Source: Haliotis rufescens (lineage: Eukaryota). From it: 64,000 nucleotides of DNA. The notes below the pieces were generated by a model. That model did not search any database and was not told the origin of the DNA. It saw only the letters and a program-made list of their open reading frames with translations. The translations under genes were made by a program, and so were the position numbers. Positions 37,304-50,260 of this stretch are shown piece after piece; position 1 is the first letter of the stretch, and each line of letters begins with the position of its first letter. The stretch lies in assembly GCF_023055435.1 (NCBI RefSeq), contig NW_025964358.1, forward strand, positions 744,001 through 808,000, given 5' to 3'.

Positions 37304-38718
37304 TGGTAATGGCAATGATCATTATGTCATGAATGGTGTTCCATCGAAAGAATGTGACCGTTCATGTATACCGGTGACGCCACTCATACATTGCCCAAAC
37401 TGCAGTATGTTCAGGCATCGAATTTTGGTACTGTAATCAGCTGTCGCGCACTGTTTAATCATTCCCTGTGCACGACACGAAAGATATCAGAGGTGCAAAG
37501 ATGACAAATAATCGGAATGCATTCCATGGGGTTGTCTATCTGGCGTAAAACATAGGGTACCATTACACAGTAGTCAGCCAGTCGGTGCGAAAACAAGGTC
37601 AAACCAATGCTGTCAAGGACTTCCAAGTTCAGAAAACCCTACAGCGACGTCACTGCGTTAAGACAGGGACTGCTACGACAAGTGCGACTACAGTCCATTA
37701 CAAGGGGTCCCGTCCTGAAGCTATAATGACTACCCTGTCGAAGTATGTCCACCAGAACCTTGATGAACGGCTTAAGAGTTGAAGGAATGGTGCCCAGGAG
37801 AGTCATCAAAGCTTCCCTCCTGGCAGATCACTGTCAGAGGTTCCGGTTTGTATGGTGTTCAGCATGACGGGCTTGGAATCTCACGGAACCAATATTCCAG
37901 CTACATTGTATATGACGGCGGTCTGTAAACTCAGAGCGGGCTGTCAATAAATGACCCTTGGGCCGGAAAACTGTGCCTGACAACATGAACAATGATCCAC
38001 GTCTTGGGGGCACAGTGTTTGTTCTGTTTATGTGTGTGTTGTTTCACGCCGCACTCAACAATATTCCACGCTACATGTCGGAGGCCTGTATATAATCGTG
38101 TCTTGACCAGACTATAAGGTGATCGATATTGTGAGAAACGACCCACGCCGACGGGGAGCGAGGACACGCTGTCAACAACGTCACAGCACCTGACTACCTA
38201 TTTTGGTCACCTCTTATGGCCAGCATAGGTTGCTGGGGCACAGTGACACATACTACACCAGGCTATGCATTGTAACCATCTGATCCTTTTTATGTCTTTT
38301 ACAATCAAAAGCGCCACAATTCTTTCCATAATAATAAGACATATCTGCTAAATGCAGGGTCCATTGTACGATTGTGATCATATCACGTGTTGGTGAAAAG
38401 AGGAGCACATTCTGTCCTACAGGTGGCACCAGTAACAAATACATGCAAAGGTTAGTCAAATGTTCACCTGAAATAAAATAGTGGAACCTAATCAAAAAAG
38501 GGAATTGCATCGGACATCATTTTGGTAACTGATGTTTGAAATGTGGAATGATCTCCACGCTCTGCCATGTTTTTTAAAGCAGTCGTAAGGCCTTCAATGG
38601 TGTACATCGTTTAAGCAAGTCATTTGGCGTTCTAGGGAGCTATCCTGCTCAGGAATCGCCAAAGGGAACAGTGATTTCGTAATAGTTGAATCCTCATATC
38701 GTATGTTTCCATCTTCAG

Positions 38719-38977
38719 GTTGTCATTGGAGGAATGAAAAACACCCGATCAGGAATACGGCAATGTGTTGGGTGTAAGTTCGATGAATGGGTGAAAGACA
38801 AGAGCCTCAACTGCCGCTTCTTCAACTACTTCTGGATTTCCTGGTGCGGGGATGAGCTATGGGTGGGGCGGGGATACAAACCCCCGCAGGACCGGTTCCT
38901 CCGACACAAATTCGAGAATCAACATGTCATCAACGCAGCTAGTATCAGGAGCGAGAGCGATACTTTCTGGGCCCTGT
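38719..38977 (+). CDS. FAMeT-like gene 1, exon 3
   Basis: CCATCTTCAG| VVIGGMKNTRSGIR..FNYFWISW..LWVGRG..DTFWAL T|GTAAGT; YE/VVIGGxxNTRSxIR and FWISW are signature motifs; exons 1-3 total 173 codons plus 1 nt. Confidence 0.9.
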
Positions 38978-39385
38978 GTAAGTAGTATAAGCAGCGAAAT
39001 TGATACATTCTAGGCCCTGTGTAAGTAGTATCAGGAGCGAGAGTGATACTTTCTGGGCCCTGGGTAAGTAGTATCAGGAGCGAGAGTGATACTTTCTGGG
39101 CCCTGAGTAAGTAGTATCAGGAGCGAGAGTGATACATTCTGGGCCCTGTGTAAGTAGTATCAGGAGCGAAAGTGATACATTCTGGGCCCTGTGTAAGTAG
39201 TATCAGGAGCGAGAGTGATACTTTCTGGGCCCTGTGTAAGTAGTATCAGGAGCGAGAGTGATACTTTCTGGGCCCTGTGTAAGTAGTATCAGGAGCGAGA
39301 GTGATACTTTCTGGGCCCTGTGTAAGTAGTATCAGGAGCGAAAGTGATACTTTCTGGGCCCTGTGTAAGTAGTATAAGGAGCGAG
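38941..39385 (+). repeat. 43-bp minisatellite containing the exon 3 end and splice donor (10 full units plus partial; degenerate copies to ~39970)
   Basis: Unit AGTATCAGGAGCGAGAGTGATACTTTCTGGGCCCTGTGTAAGT starting at 38941, 38984, 39027 ... 39328, 39371. Confidence 0.97.
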
Positions 39386-41080
39386 ATACTCCCTGGGCGC
39401 TGTTTTACTCGCATCAGGAGCATGTGCCTAAATATCGTTTCACACGTTTAAGCAATAATCCAGAAATATCATGGCGGGGAACACTAGAAATGGGCCTCAA
39501 GCATTAAACCCCAACAAGATTGATTCTTTCTGGGCCTTGGGTTTTTAGTATTACGAACAAGACTTATTCTTTCTCTGCCTTCTTGTCGTTGTGTTAGAAG
39601 CGAGAGTGAATCTTTCTAGGCCTTCTTTTACTAGCGTTAGACGCGAGAGCGCATCCTTCTGGTCTTTGTGTGTGTAATATGAGGAGTGAAATGAAACTTT
39701 CTGGGCTATGTCTTTGACTGGCGTTTAGACGTTGGTCGAAGGTGCAGACATAAAACTATTTGATGGATACCAACTTTTTATAGTGTGGCATGACGTTGAG
39801 GGGCTACAGTCATTCAACTGATGAAGGGGCAAAGCGTAGCCTACCTGTAAGTAGTGTCAGGAGAGAGAGAGAGAGAGAGGGATTCTTTCCCAGCTCTGTG
39901 TAAGTAGTTTCAGGGACGAGGGTGGTACTTTCTGGGCACTGAGTAAGTAATATGAAGAACGAGAGTGGAAGTGGATATGAATAACATGGAAAGGAACAAA
40001 ACTTTAACAAAATATAATGAAATTGGTGAGCTGTGTTCACGCATGTATGACTAGCATTTTGACTTTGAATTTTCAACAATTGAACATTGGCACTATAAAT
40101 GCATAGGTGAAGCTAAAACGCGTCATTAACCTGTACCTATTGCTACTCTGTTCATGCTGTTTACAGGTGACATCCCCTAAAATTCAGCTTGCTCCAAAGA
40201 CTTGCTCATGTTCAAATAGCAGACAAAAACGATTCTTCAAATCTCTGAAAATCAGGCTTTTTGACTTGCCCATACCTAGATTTACAATTCAGCCTTTCGT
40301 TCAATTATATATTTGATCTTTTCAAACGTCCAAGACTTGTAAGTGTAAGAACGTACACAAGTTAATTGTCAGCCACAGAAACATGTCTGACAAGATTCAT
40401 GCCCAAATTCTAAAGTTTCCTTTCGACATCCCAGTGGCTACAAAAGGGTCCTTGTCTATCCTCGACCTTTCCGAATCGAGGTCGTCAAGAAATAGAAACT
40501 ACTTGTTTTAGAAATCTTACATTTGACACGCCCAAAGAACCCCACGCATGGTGAAAATGATTATGAAATACACCTTTACCTGACCGAAAGTTTTTGAACG
40601 TTACCACTTCACCAAAAGATGCAATGTAATATGTATCAACACCCAGTAGCTAAACACTGCCATATTAGCCCCGTGTGGACCAAAGTTAAAATAGATCACC
40701 AGCACTCTATTGAATGTCGTAAGAGGCAGCTAAATTGGATAAGACGGTCGCTTTGTAGTTGGAACTTTGCTCAGTTCCATATTTCATTGTTTGTTCCATA
40801 TTTCTAACATATAATGCATTACCTCAATCCAAGACCAGCGATCACAGAGCTACGACGATGATCGTAGCTCCAATATACAAGCATAGGCATACAATCATAT
40901 AAGCACCAATATCGCTCTATCGACCCCTCAACAGACATTCCTCATATATACATATCCTTCTGTGTTTCGGAGTTGTTCTATAAGAGAGCTACTTGTTCAC
41001 CTGTTGTAGTTTTCGTCAAGGGATTTACTGGCACAAGATGAGGACATCTGAATCTTTATTCATTGCCTGTTGTGTTTCAG

Positions 41081-41285
41081 AACACCGTTGGTACGCCCTC
41101 TTGTAGAGTTCTGCCGATGCTGGTACATCTGTTTGAACCGTTCTACACTTACTCTATGATAGCAGCTTCCCCGGAACGACGACACACAATTTATATTCCT
41201 TAAAGTATTGTACAATTTGCTGATATATAGTTTCACATATATATATAATAGTTACAAATAAAATAAAAATGATATCGATTACGCA
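41081..41285 (+). other. candidate terminal (3' UTR) exon of gene 1
   Basis: Acceptor TGTTGTGTTTCAG|AA creates T|AA stop across the junction; AATAAA twice near 41257-41267. Confidence 0.45.
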
Positions 41286-43096
41286 AAGGAACTATACGAC
41301 TGAGATACTGTTTCGATCTTTTAAGATTTAGATCATTATTACTTCAAAGAATCATGGCAGATTACTGAAGCAAATACAAGTATGAACCTAATACGATTTT
41401 CATCAGAATTAACATTGATTTTGTTTTTGTCGTATCAACCCTGTGCTGTTGTACATTGCACCCTTGTGTTCAGAAGAAATATACTTGATGCATACAGGTA
41501 CATACTGTAGTTGTTTTGCTTGTTTGTTGTTTGTGTCTGACCTTACAACAAACATGGGTTGCTGAAGACCTATTCTAACCAGGATATTCACAGAGGGCAG
41601 GGAGTATAATAAAAACGACCAAACTTACATGGCCAGAAGAAATATCACCCAAAAGCAGAGCCGACTGCACGATTCTAAGCATGTGCTTGTGAATCACTAT
41701 CAAATGGTAATGATACCAGGTTTTCGCAAACAGGTGAGAGTATCTTGCCGCACTGTTGGCACCCAATTGAAACACACGCAAAGGTGAGTCAACACACAAG
41801 AACTCACACAATGTAAACATAAACCAATTGGAACTGGACATGTCAGCTTCGCCCTTTTGGTTTTGTAGTTAGTTTTTGTAGAGAATTATACAGGAAAGTA
41901 AATGACCTACAGAACAACGATGGTAACATTTGTTCGTCTATTCTTTGACGGCTAATTTTTAATACATTAGTCCAGAAGCCTAAAATCCTATTTTTTTAAC
42001 ATCGCACAAACGTTTTTCCAGATATATGACGGCGGCATGTGAATAATAGACTCAAATAAAAATGAAATTATTAAGCAAAGATTTACGAAATTTAGACACG
42101 TCACCGAGTCTTACCCCCCGATACATTTAGTCACCTCTTACATTTACGACCAGCATGAGATGCAGGATACGTTCAAATAGCTCCCCCGCAACCTATGCTT
42201 GCAGTGAGATGGGATGGTCAGGCACGCTGACTTGGTTGATGCATGTTATCATATCACAATTGCGTAGATCGATGCGTATGATGTCAATCGCTGGATTGTC
42301 TGGTCAAGACTCGATTATTTACAGACTGCCGTCATAAAACAAAAAACAAACAAACAATAAATCAAATCACAAGTGCAGTAATCTAAGGTTTGCTAATTAG
42401 CCGATTTTGGCGTCAAACAAAATACAAAGAAATGTTTTCGTTTGTCGCACGGGAACTTCGTAAAACAACTGCGGTCATCTGTAACACTTCAATGTGAAAA
42501 CTCTGCATGGTACATTTCAATATTTGCACCAGCTCGAGGGATAATTGAACTCATCAGCTGCCGAACCAAATGACATCTGCTAGTGTATCGGTCACCTACG
42601 TTAACTAAAGACTTAGACTATCGAACAAATTCATTAAAAGCCGCCATAGGAGGTGGCATCAGGTGAACCCTGACCGAACTTTGACCGTTTGATTTAAATG
42701 AAGGATGCGTGGGTTCCTGAGCCATAACATGTTAGCTCTCGCCCAAGGTGTAGATGCCATGGCGCTCAGAAACGACAGTATAAGTAAACTAGCGAAATCA
42801 TGGCCGAGCTTACATTCGGCTTCAAGATACAGAAAACACACATGTTGGTTTGCAGGCTTCACTCACGCGTATCGAGAATACAGAAGCCTCGACAGCTGAC
42901 AGGATGATTAACAATTTCTCCTTACGCGACCTCCTTTTATACGGTATATGTCGTAGATTGAATGTCAAACACTATCCCACATTCACTTCAGAAAAAGTGA
43001 GAACTGAACGTGTCAGAGTTTCAAACCTTTAAGCTAAAGTATAAGTTTATAGGTTATGTCTGCTTCACATCATCTGAACAGTTGGCTTGAGTGATT

Positions 43097-43358
43097 GCTT
43101 GTTTGCTTGTTTGTTGTTTAACGCCACACTCAGCAACATTCCAGCTATATGACGGCGGTCTGTAAATAATCGAAACTGGACCAGACAATCCAGTGATTGA
43201 CATCACGAGCATCGATCCACGCAGTGGGATACGATGACATGCATCAACCAAGTCAGCAAGCCTGACCACCCGATCCAGTTAGTCGCCTCTTACGACAAAC
43301 ACAGTCTCCTTTTACAGCAAGTGTGGGTTGTTGAAGACTTATTCTACCCCGGGGTCTA
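43097..43358 (-). mobile_element. SINE-like family B
   Basis: TSD CTTGAGTGATT at 43086-43096 and 43359-43369. Confidence 0.9.
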
Positions 43359-43912
43359 CTTGAGTGATTAAGTGAGTTTGATTTCCATGCGGCAGTATTT
43401 CAGTTATTTCAAGACGTGCCAGACTGATGTGGGATGAAACCCTGAAGTCATGCAGGTCTTAGATGTTTCTCAATTTGGTAAGCCCATGAGTTCTGGCGAA
43501 CATAACAAGATGGAATGTTGGATTCGAACACACGGTAATAAGAACCTGATGTTTTCTAAGGGATAAAAGTGGAAGTGGTGCTGTGGCCTTTGTTCCCGTT
43601 AACATGATATTTTCAGCTGGTTCAATGTGCAAATAATTCTGAAAAACCTTTGTTGTTGAGTAAATTATGCAAATGATCATTTTGGTTCTGTTCGTTGTCT
43701 AAGCCGCACACATCAACATTCCAGTTATTGCGGCCTGTAAGTAATCAAGTCTGGACCAGACAAACAATGGCACGCTTTTCCCTCCCTTCTTTGGTTGCAA
43801 AGAGATAACGGGAGTGTCAGTAACTAAGGCTGTACCGTACGTTCATTAGGCACCGTACGTAAGACAAGAAAGTGAAACAGACCTCCAAATTTTATTTTTG
43901 TGTTCATGACAG

Positions 43913-44022
43913 GTGCCACCGACGCTGGTCTCATCACTACTTTGGTTGGCTTTCTGTTGGTGTTGGCTTTTGGCCTGGTCACGGTGGTCTGCCGCTCCTG
44001 GGCTTGTCCCTGGTACGGCTAG
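43913..44022 (+). CDS. candidate orphan exon encoding a transmembrane segment
   Basis: TTTTATTTTTGTGTTCATGACAG| phase-1 reading xATDAGLITTLVGFLLVLAFGLVTVVCRSWACPWYG*; GC-richer than flanks. Confidence 0.4.
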
Positions 44023-44085
44023 CATGGCGGAAAATATAAAGTCATAAGTCTTGTGATTGTGATGCGTGGGGATCCAGAGGTTGCT

Positions 44086-44350
44086 GTTTTGTTTGTTTGT
44101 TTCATGTTTAACGCCGCACTCAGCAATATCCCAGCTATATGATGGCGGTCTGTAAATAATCCAGTTTGGACCAGACAAACCAGTGATTGACATCATGAGC
44201 ACGGATCCACGCAATTGGGATATGATGACATGCATCAACCAAGTCAGTGAGCCTGACCACCCGATCCCGTTAGTCGCCTCTTACGACAAGCATTGTTATG
44301 GCAAGCATGGGTTGCTGAAGACCTATTCTACCCCGGATCTTCACGGGTCT
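44086..44350 (-). mobile_element. SINE-like family B
   Basis: TSD GAGGTTGCT at 44077-44085 and 44351-44359. Confidence 0.9.
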
Positions 44351-45128
44351 GAGGTTGCTATATTGATATGGAAAGTCCCCATCTGTATCGTACTGATGGC
44401 TCTTTCTCTCTGCTATCGTGATAATCTTGTCATGATTGTTGTGATTCTCTTGTAAATGTTGATGCTATATATCGATGATTCAGTGCCTTTATACCGATTG
44501 GAGATTTTCTTCACAAGAATGACTATTATGTCGTTTATATAGGTAATTACAATTTTATAATGTTAACATAAAATGCCCATGGCCAAAATACTCAATTGTC
44601 GCCGAAACAGATTCCATTGGGCGTAAAAGGCAAAATGGCAGTAAAAATTATATTGATATACTATCCCTGAAAATCAGTGATAACACCAGCTGTTCACAAA
44701 AAGGGTAAATATATCCTGCCCTACATGTAGCACCGCCACTCACACAATTTAAATGAAAAGGTAAATGTTGACTGACGCCACACAGCAGAATTCCTGCCTA
44801 TAAACAAACCAGACCAGAAGGGGTCGATGGACACAAAGGCACATTACAGATGTGCTAAACTAAAACGATATTTAAATTTTAATAACACAAGTCATTTTGC
44901 TGGAATATTGCTGAAAACGGCGTAAACGCTTACTCACTCGCTAACTTATTTCTTACGTATAGACATTTTCACAGACGGTCAATTTGGCTGTGCTTGGTAA
45001 AAGCATACGATCTAGTGTTTACATTTCGCAGTTTTTTATTTAAAGTTTGGACATTCTTAAATTTGGCATCGCCAGTCAGTTTATATAATATCTTCTTTGA
45101 TAGGCATTTAGAAGTTGGAGTACTAAGT

Positions 45129-45232
45129 AAGGATACGAATTTATGGATGAACTTCTTCTTTATTACAATCAAGTGCTAATAGATAATTAATTAATTAATA
45201 AAGAATAAGTTCATCCATAAATTCTTATCCTT
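45129..45232. repeat. palindromic remnant of Penelope-like termini just upstream of gene A
   Basis: AAGGATACGAATTTATGGATGAACTTCTTCTTTATTA / TAATAAAGAATAAGTTCATCCATAAATTCTTATCCTT; related to the arms of 34301-34558. Confidence 0.75.
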
Positions 45233-45432
45233 ATTTATATAAAATCGTTAAGGTGACTATGCGAGGAGTATTACTTTCTTCCGTTCCAACTGCACAATGT
45301 GATACTGCATCCGATCGATATTCGTTTCCAAGATCACGTGAGAAGAGGCGCATATTTATAGTAAACATCTACGTTTTCTTCCCATATCCACATCAGCGCA
45401 TTGAGTTCTGAACGTGCATCTCATCACTGAAC

Positions 45433-45487
45433 ATGACATCCCCGAGGATGTTGTTGTTGTTGACCTGTGTCTATGTCTCCGTACGAA
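45433..45487 (+). CDS. FAMeT-like gene A, exon 1 (signal peptide MTSPRMLLLLTCVYVSVR)
   Basis: ATG, Leu run, donor AA|GTAAGT; paralogous to 56008-56062; TATA-like TATTTATAGTAAA near 45353. Confidence 0.82.
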
Positions 45488-45677
45488 GTAAGTATTAAAG
45501 GATGTGGGACACCCAAGGGGATATTATTAACACATTGAATGAAATAACCCAGTTGTCGGTTACACCTACTGGGTTGTCAGTCCAGATTTGAAGAGGTCAT
45601 TTTACGACGTATTTGCTAATCTAGGTATAGGCATGACTACAAATTGTGAGGATCCTCTGTTGTGTTTACTTGTGATA

Positions 45678-45967
45678 GACCCGTGAAGATCCGCGTTAGA
45701 ATTTATCTTCAGCAACCCATGCTTGCCGTGATAGGCGACTATGCTTGTCGAAAGAGGCGGCTAACGGGATCGGATGGTCAGGTTCGCTGACTTGGTTGAT
45801 GCATATCATCGTATTCCAATTGCGGAGATCGATGCTGATGATGTCAATCATTCGATTGCCAGGTCCAGACTCAATTATATACAGACCGCCGTCATATAGC
45901 TGGAATATTCCAGGAATATTGAATATTGCCGCGTTAAACAACAACAAACAAACAAACAAACACATCC
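45678..45967 (+). mobile_element. SINE-like family B in gene A intron 1
   Basis: TSD CTTGTGATA at 45669-45677 and 45968-45976. Confidence 0.9.
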
Positions 45968-46649
45968 CTTGTGATAAGCAAATCACGGTCAAGCAAATCC
46001 TGCTTGGCCATGTCAGTTTTTCCATCCGAAAGGGACGGATATTTCAAACCATCGTCTCTCAAGGACTTCTCCCTTATTTGCTCATTAGAAGAAATTGGAT
46101 TGATTGTCACAATTTAATATGTTGTGCTTGGTAAAATTTGATGATTAATCGGTAACAGATTGTTCGCTGCTGTATCCTCAAAGTAGCGTTAATTTAGTTC
46201 TCAACCTAAGAGGGTTTGTAAGCCCATGTCAAGGTATTAAGAGCTACTCTGTGATGCTCTTTTACTAGTTTTAAACATAGATATGTGATGGTTTAGTTCC
46301 ATCGTCGACAGGTTTGATATATTTCACGGAATAAGTTAACTTTGCATTGGGAATATATGAAGACTTTGATAGCTAAAACTATGCTTGTTAGCCATTTTAC
46401 CGCGAAATTTCGGGGGCCTGTCACAAAGGCCACCAAATGGATCGGGTGATGAAGCTCACTGACTTGGTTGATGGCGTGACATCGTACCAGTGGATCGTTG
46501 TTCACAACAGGCAGCCGTCCCATAACTGAAATAATGCCATGTGCTGCCTTAAACAACAAACTACTTCACATGTAAAATACTGTCAGATGTACTTGTCGTT
46601 ATGTTAAAAGGGCTTTAGAGGAAGGATATTGAAATAATGACAGATAAGT

Positions 46650-46819
46650 GTGTGAGTGAGTAAGTTTGGTTTTACGCCGCTTTTAGAAATATTCCAGCAA
46701 TATCTCGGCGGGGAACACCCGAAATGGGCTTCACACATTGTATCCATGTCGGGAATCGAACCCGGATCTTCGGCGTGACGAGCGAACGCTTTAACCACCA
46801 GGCCACCCGACCGCCCCAT
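46650..46819 (-). mobile_element. SINE family C in gene A intron 1
   Basis: TSD TGACAGATAAGT at 46638-46649 and 46820-46831. Confidence 0.9.
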
Positions 46820-47126
46820 TGACAGATAAGTATAACAGACATAGACATTGAAACACAGTCCACTTTGGATCGTTTGTTGCCGTACCTTGGGCGACAGGCT
46901 TCGTCGTAGATGTTCTGGTAACATGCACCGTCATGTACACTACCTTAGTGTATATTTGATGGCGAGCACATTGCATATCCAAAGGAATTATGACATCACA
47001 TCAGAGATATTCTAAGTACACTGTATGGGGTATATTGGGGACTTCTGTCATCCACCACTTGTCTGCCTCAGACTGTTTTATGTACAGGGTACGGTAATAT
47101 TGCTTGAATATTTGTTTCTTTCTTAG

Positions 47127-47251
47127 ACTGCCATGGTCCGTTACCTACGAGGCCCTATGTGGAGCTGGAGACGGACAATCAGTACATCTACCAGTCCTTG
47201 CAAGAGTTGGATGTGAAGCTCATACCACAGACAACGTCCTTCAAGTTTAAA
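47127..47251 (+). CDS. FAMeT-like gene A, exon 2
   Basis: TTTCTTAG| NCHGPLPTRPYVELETDNQYIYQSL..SFKFK |GTGAAG; 125 nt, same length as B exon 2. Confidence 0.85.
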
Positions 47252-47937
47252 GTGAAGTCTCTCCTCTCATCATTACTCATCACTTCTCATTGTTCGTCAG
47301 AATATATCCCCAGTATTACCAATTGTAATATAGCCATCAAAAAGGAGGCATGGATGGTTACAGTTCTAGTACATGCTTGACTATCCTTTTCATTTTTGCT
47401 CATTCATCAGGCTCGAAATAGATGTCCCTGATTGTTTTACCGCCAACAGCACATTCGTCAATATTATTAAGTATTGGGTCACATGGTGTAAGGTTCGATG
47501 AAATGCCTACATTTCCTGAATTACAGATTATACCAAGGAGAACTGTCCATTACGTTTTCGTATATTGTAGATGTGTTTTTGATAATACATATACAGGCTA
47601 AGACAGAAATGGGATCCAAAATTTAGGAATTTGATGAAACATTATATCCGCTAAAAGACAAAATATGATACTTGACACATTTCAGAATGTAAACTGGATT
47701 ACTGTGCGTCATTTTAACTACTCTTTAAAGGTAGGGATATTGATATTAACAGATGATTACAGAAATACAAACATGTATCAAGTGATGGTAATGTATGATA
47801 AAAAGCTGCAGTACTACGGATGCAACGTTCTGACTGCAACGTTTATATAGAGAGCTGTCTGTGGTTATTTTTAGTCTCTCATGATAATATATGTACTGAT
47901 TACTGCAGCGTTAAGAAATACCCCGCTCACTTTATAG

Positions 47938-48274
47938 GTCCAGGCTTCAAATGACGGCCACGTGGCTTTGCTTACCTATGATGGCGAAACGGGACAGAAC
48001 ATGTACGAAATCGTCCTCGGTGGATTTAGCAATACGCGATCTATAATCAGAAACAGCAGACAGGGAACCAACAGGGTCGAAACATTTCATTCTCCTCTCA
48101 GTTCCACGGAATTCCGCGACTTCTGGATCAGTTGGGAAGGAGGTGTGATATCAGTGGGCACAGGGACGACTGTTGGCGCAGGACAGTTCATGACCTGGAC
48201 GGACCCAGCTCCATATGATGTCAACTATCTCGCCGTCACAACGGGGTTCGGGTCTTCTGGGTCCTGGCAGTTTG
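47938..48274 (+). CDS. FAMeT-like gene A, exon 3 (domain 1 core)
   Basis: TTTATAG| VQASNDGHVALL..MYEIVLGGFSNTRSIIR..FRDFWISW..YLAVTTGFGSSGSWQF G|GTAAGG. Confidence 0.93.
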
Positions 48275-49120
48275 GTAAGGATTAATACAGAGGAGATAGT
48301 ATTAGTTGAGTGTAACGGCCTTTGAATAGTATTCAGGTGTAATTGAAATAAGAGCGACAAAAAACATTTCCTTAAACATGAGAAATATCTGCCAAAAGCA
48401 CAGTCGATTCCGACTATATCATGAGCATGTGTTTAAAGATAAATATCAAAGAGTGATGATACCAGGTATTCGCGAAAAGGTGAGTGTGCGGTCCGCATCG
48501 CAAACACATGTAAAGGCAGGTCAATTGTTCACCTGAAAAACACATGGGAACATATGGCACAAGTCAAAATAGGGAATAGCATCGGGTGGGTCAATCGCAT
48601 GAAGGGACTTGGCTTTTTGGCCGTTATTGAACAATTATTATATCAGATCATTGATACACCTTAAGCTTGGCCAAATCCTTTGTTTTCATCTCGCCAACCT
48701 GCGCAGATATTCATATACATGACAAAACAGATCAGCAAGAAGGGGAAGTATTGAGCGCCATCCCCAAATGTCTTTTCAGAGAGGAAGTTAAGCTTTTCAA
48801 AATCGTTTTATACCAGTTTTTCTTTTATATTTGACCAATTGTCCTGACACTGTGAAGATAGATATGTATATCTATACCTTTGGTCACCACGTTTTGTAAC
48901 AAATGCCCATGGATCGACGAACGTGTTCCCGTAAGTTTGCCCTGTTAGATAGCTTTGTAAAAAGTTGAAAATCAAAATTAGGCAATATATTTCTCTTTGA
49001 ACGAATTTTATGGATCTTTACAATATAGTACAAAAGAGGAATGAACATGTCTTCAGGTTTTAGAGAGACGTAAAAAGTCGATTCTACTGATGAGTGGTTT
49101 TGGCAGATTACTTCCGCAGT

Positions 49121-49415
49121 GGACCCGTGAAGATCCGGGTTAAATTAGGTCTTCAGCAACCCATGATTGCCGTAAAAGGCAACTATGCTTGTCGTAAGAG
49201 GCGACTACCGGGATCGGGTGGTCAGGCCCGGTGACTTGATGCATGTCATCGTATCCCAATTGCGTGGATGGTCATAGCGTCAATCACTGGATTGTCTGGT
49301 CCAGACTCGATTATTTACAGATTGCCGTCATATAGCTGGAATATTGCTGATTGCAGCGTGTGGCAGAGTGTGGCGTTAAACAACAAACAAACAAACAAAC
49401 AAACAAACAAACAAA
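49121..49415 (+). mobile_element. SINE-like family B with (AAAC)n tail
   Basis: Near-TSD ACTTCC(G/T)CAGT at 49110-49120 and 49416-49426. Confidence 0.9.
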
Positions 49416-49532
49416 ACTTCCTCAGTCAAAAGTGTAGATCGTAGACGTTTAGGAGCAGACCATTCCATATTTCGGGGAATGGCTGGTTTTTTTCTTAGTG
49501 ATAGACTAATTAAGGTCACTGCGTAAAACATA

Positions 49533-50260
49533 TACCCTCAGCAACAAAAGTTCCTGCGACACCCCTTGCCAATCGGTTGCATACAAAAACCTTTCTGGTG
49601 TTCAAATCGGATGTGAAAATATGAAAATAGTAGCACAAACGCAACCGATTACGTCTGCAGTTGTGTAGACAACGAGTGCGTTGAACGGCATTTCAGTGGA
49701 GGTTCTGTTCACCGACGTGTCTCGTTATCACCTGTCCCACGACGATGGCCGAATACGAGTAAACCGACGTCGTAGTGGACGTTACGCTCAGGACTGTGCT
49801 GTGGTGGAAGACCGTTTCGGAGGAAGCAGTGTCATGGTGCAGCGTTACCGTGACGAGGTCATCCAGCCTATCGTTGTACCGTTTTGGAATTAACCGAGAC
49901 CTGGCATGATTTTTCACCATGACAACGCTCGACCCCATGTAGCCCGGACTGTTCAACAAGGACTTGGACAGAACAACGTCAATGTGATCCCATGACCTGC
50001 TCGCTCTCCAGATCTTTCTCCAATTGAACACATGTGGGATGAAAGGAACCACCGTCTCCGACGTTTACCACGTGCTCCGACTACAGTACAGGAACTGATA
50101 GACAGGCTGGTGGAGATAGGGGATGCCATTACACAATACTGTGTTAGACGTTTGATCCGTTCAATGTGGAGGAGATGCATTGCAAGCTTCCAAGAGAGAG
50201 GGAGGCACACGCTACTGACGTGTGAACTGACAAGTCTGTTGCATCTTTCACAATACACTT
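49533..50260 (+). mobile_element. degenerate Tc1-like transposon (DDE region)
   Basis: VLFTDVSRYHLSHDDGRIRV..DRFGGSSVMV, IFHHDNARPHVA, PARSPDLSPIEHMWD; terminus resembles the 26600 family. Confidence 0.87.

Noticed and set aside
38941-39385. CRISPR-like array
   Set aside because: Contiguous 43-bp units with no unique spacers, eukaryotic context, no cas genes; the same applies to the 50-bp array at 18619-18863
42660-42910. Short ORF 42705-42899 as an exon
   Set aside because: No recognisable motif or convincing splice-site pair
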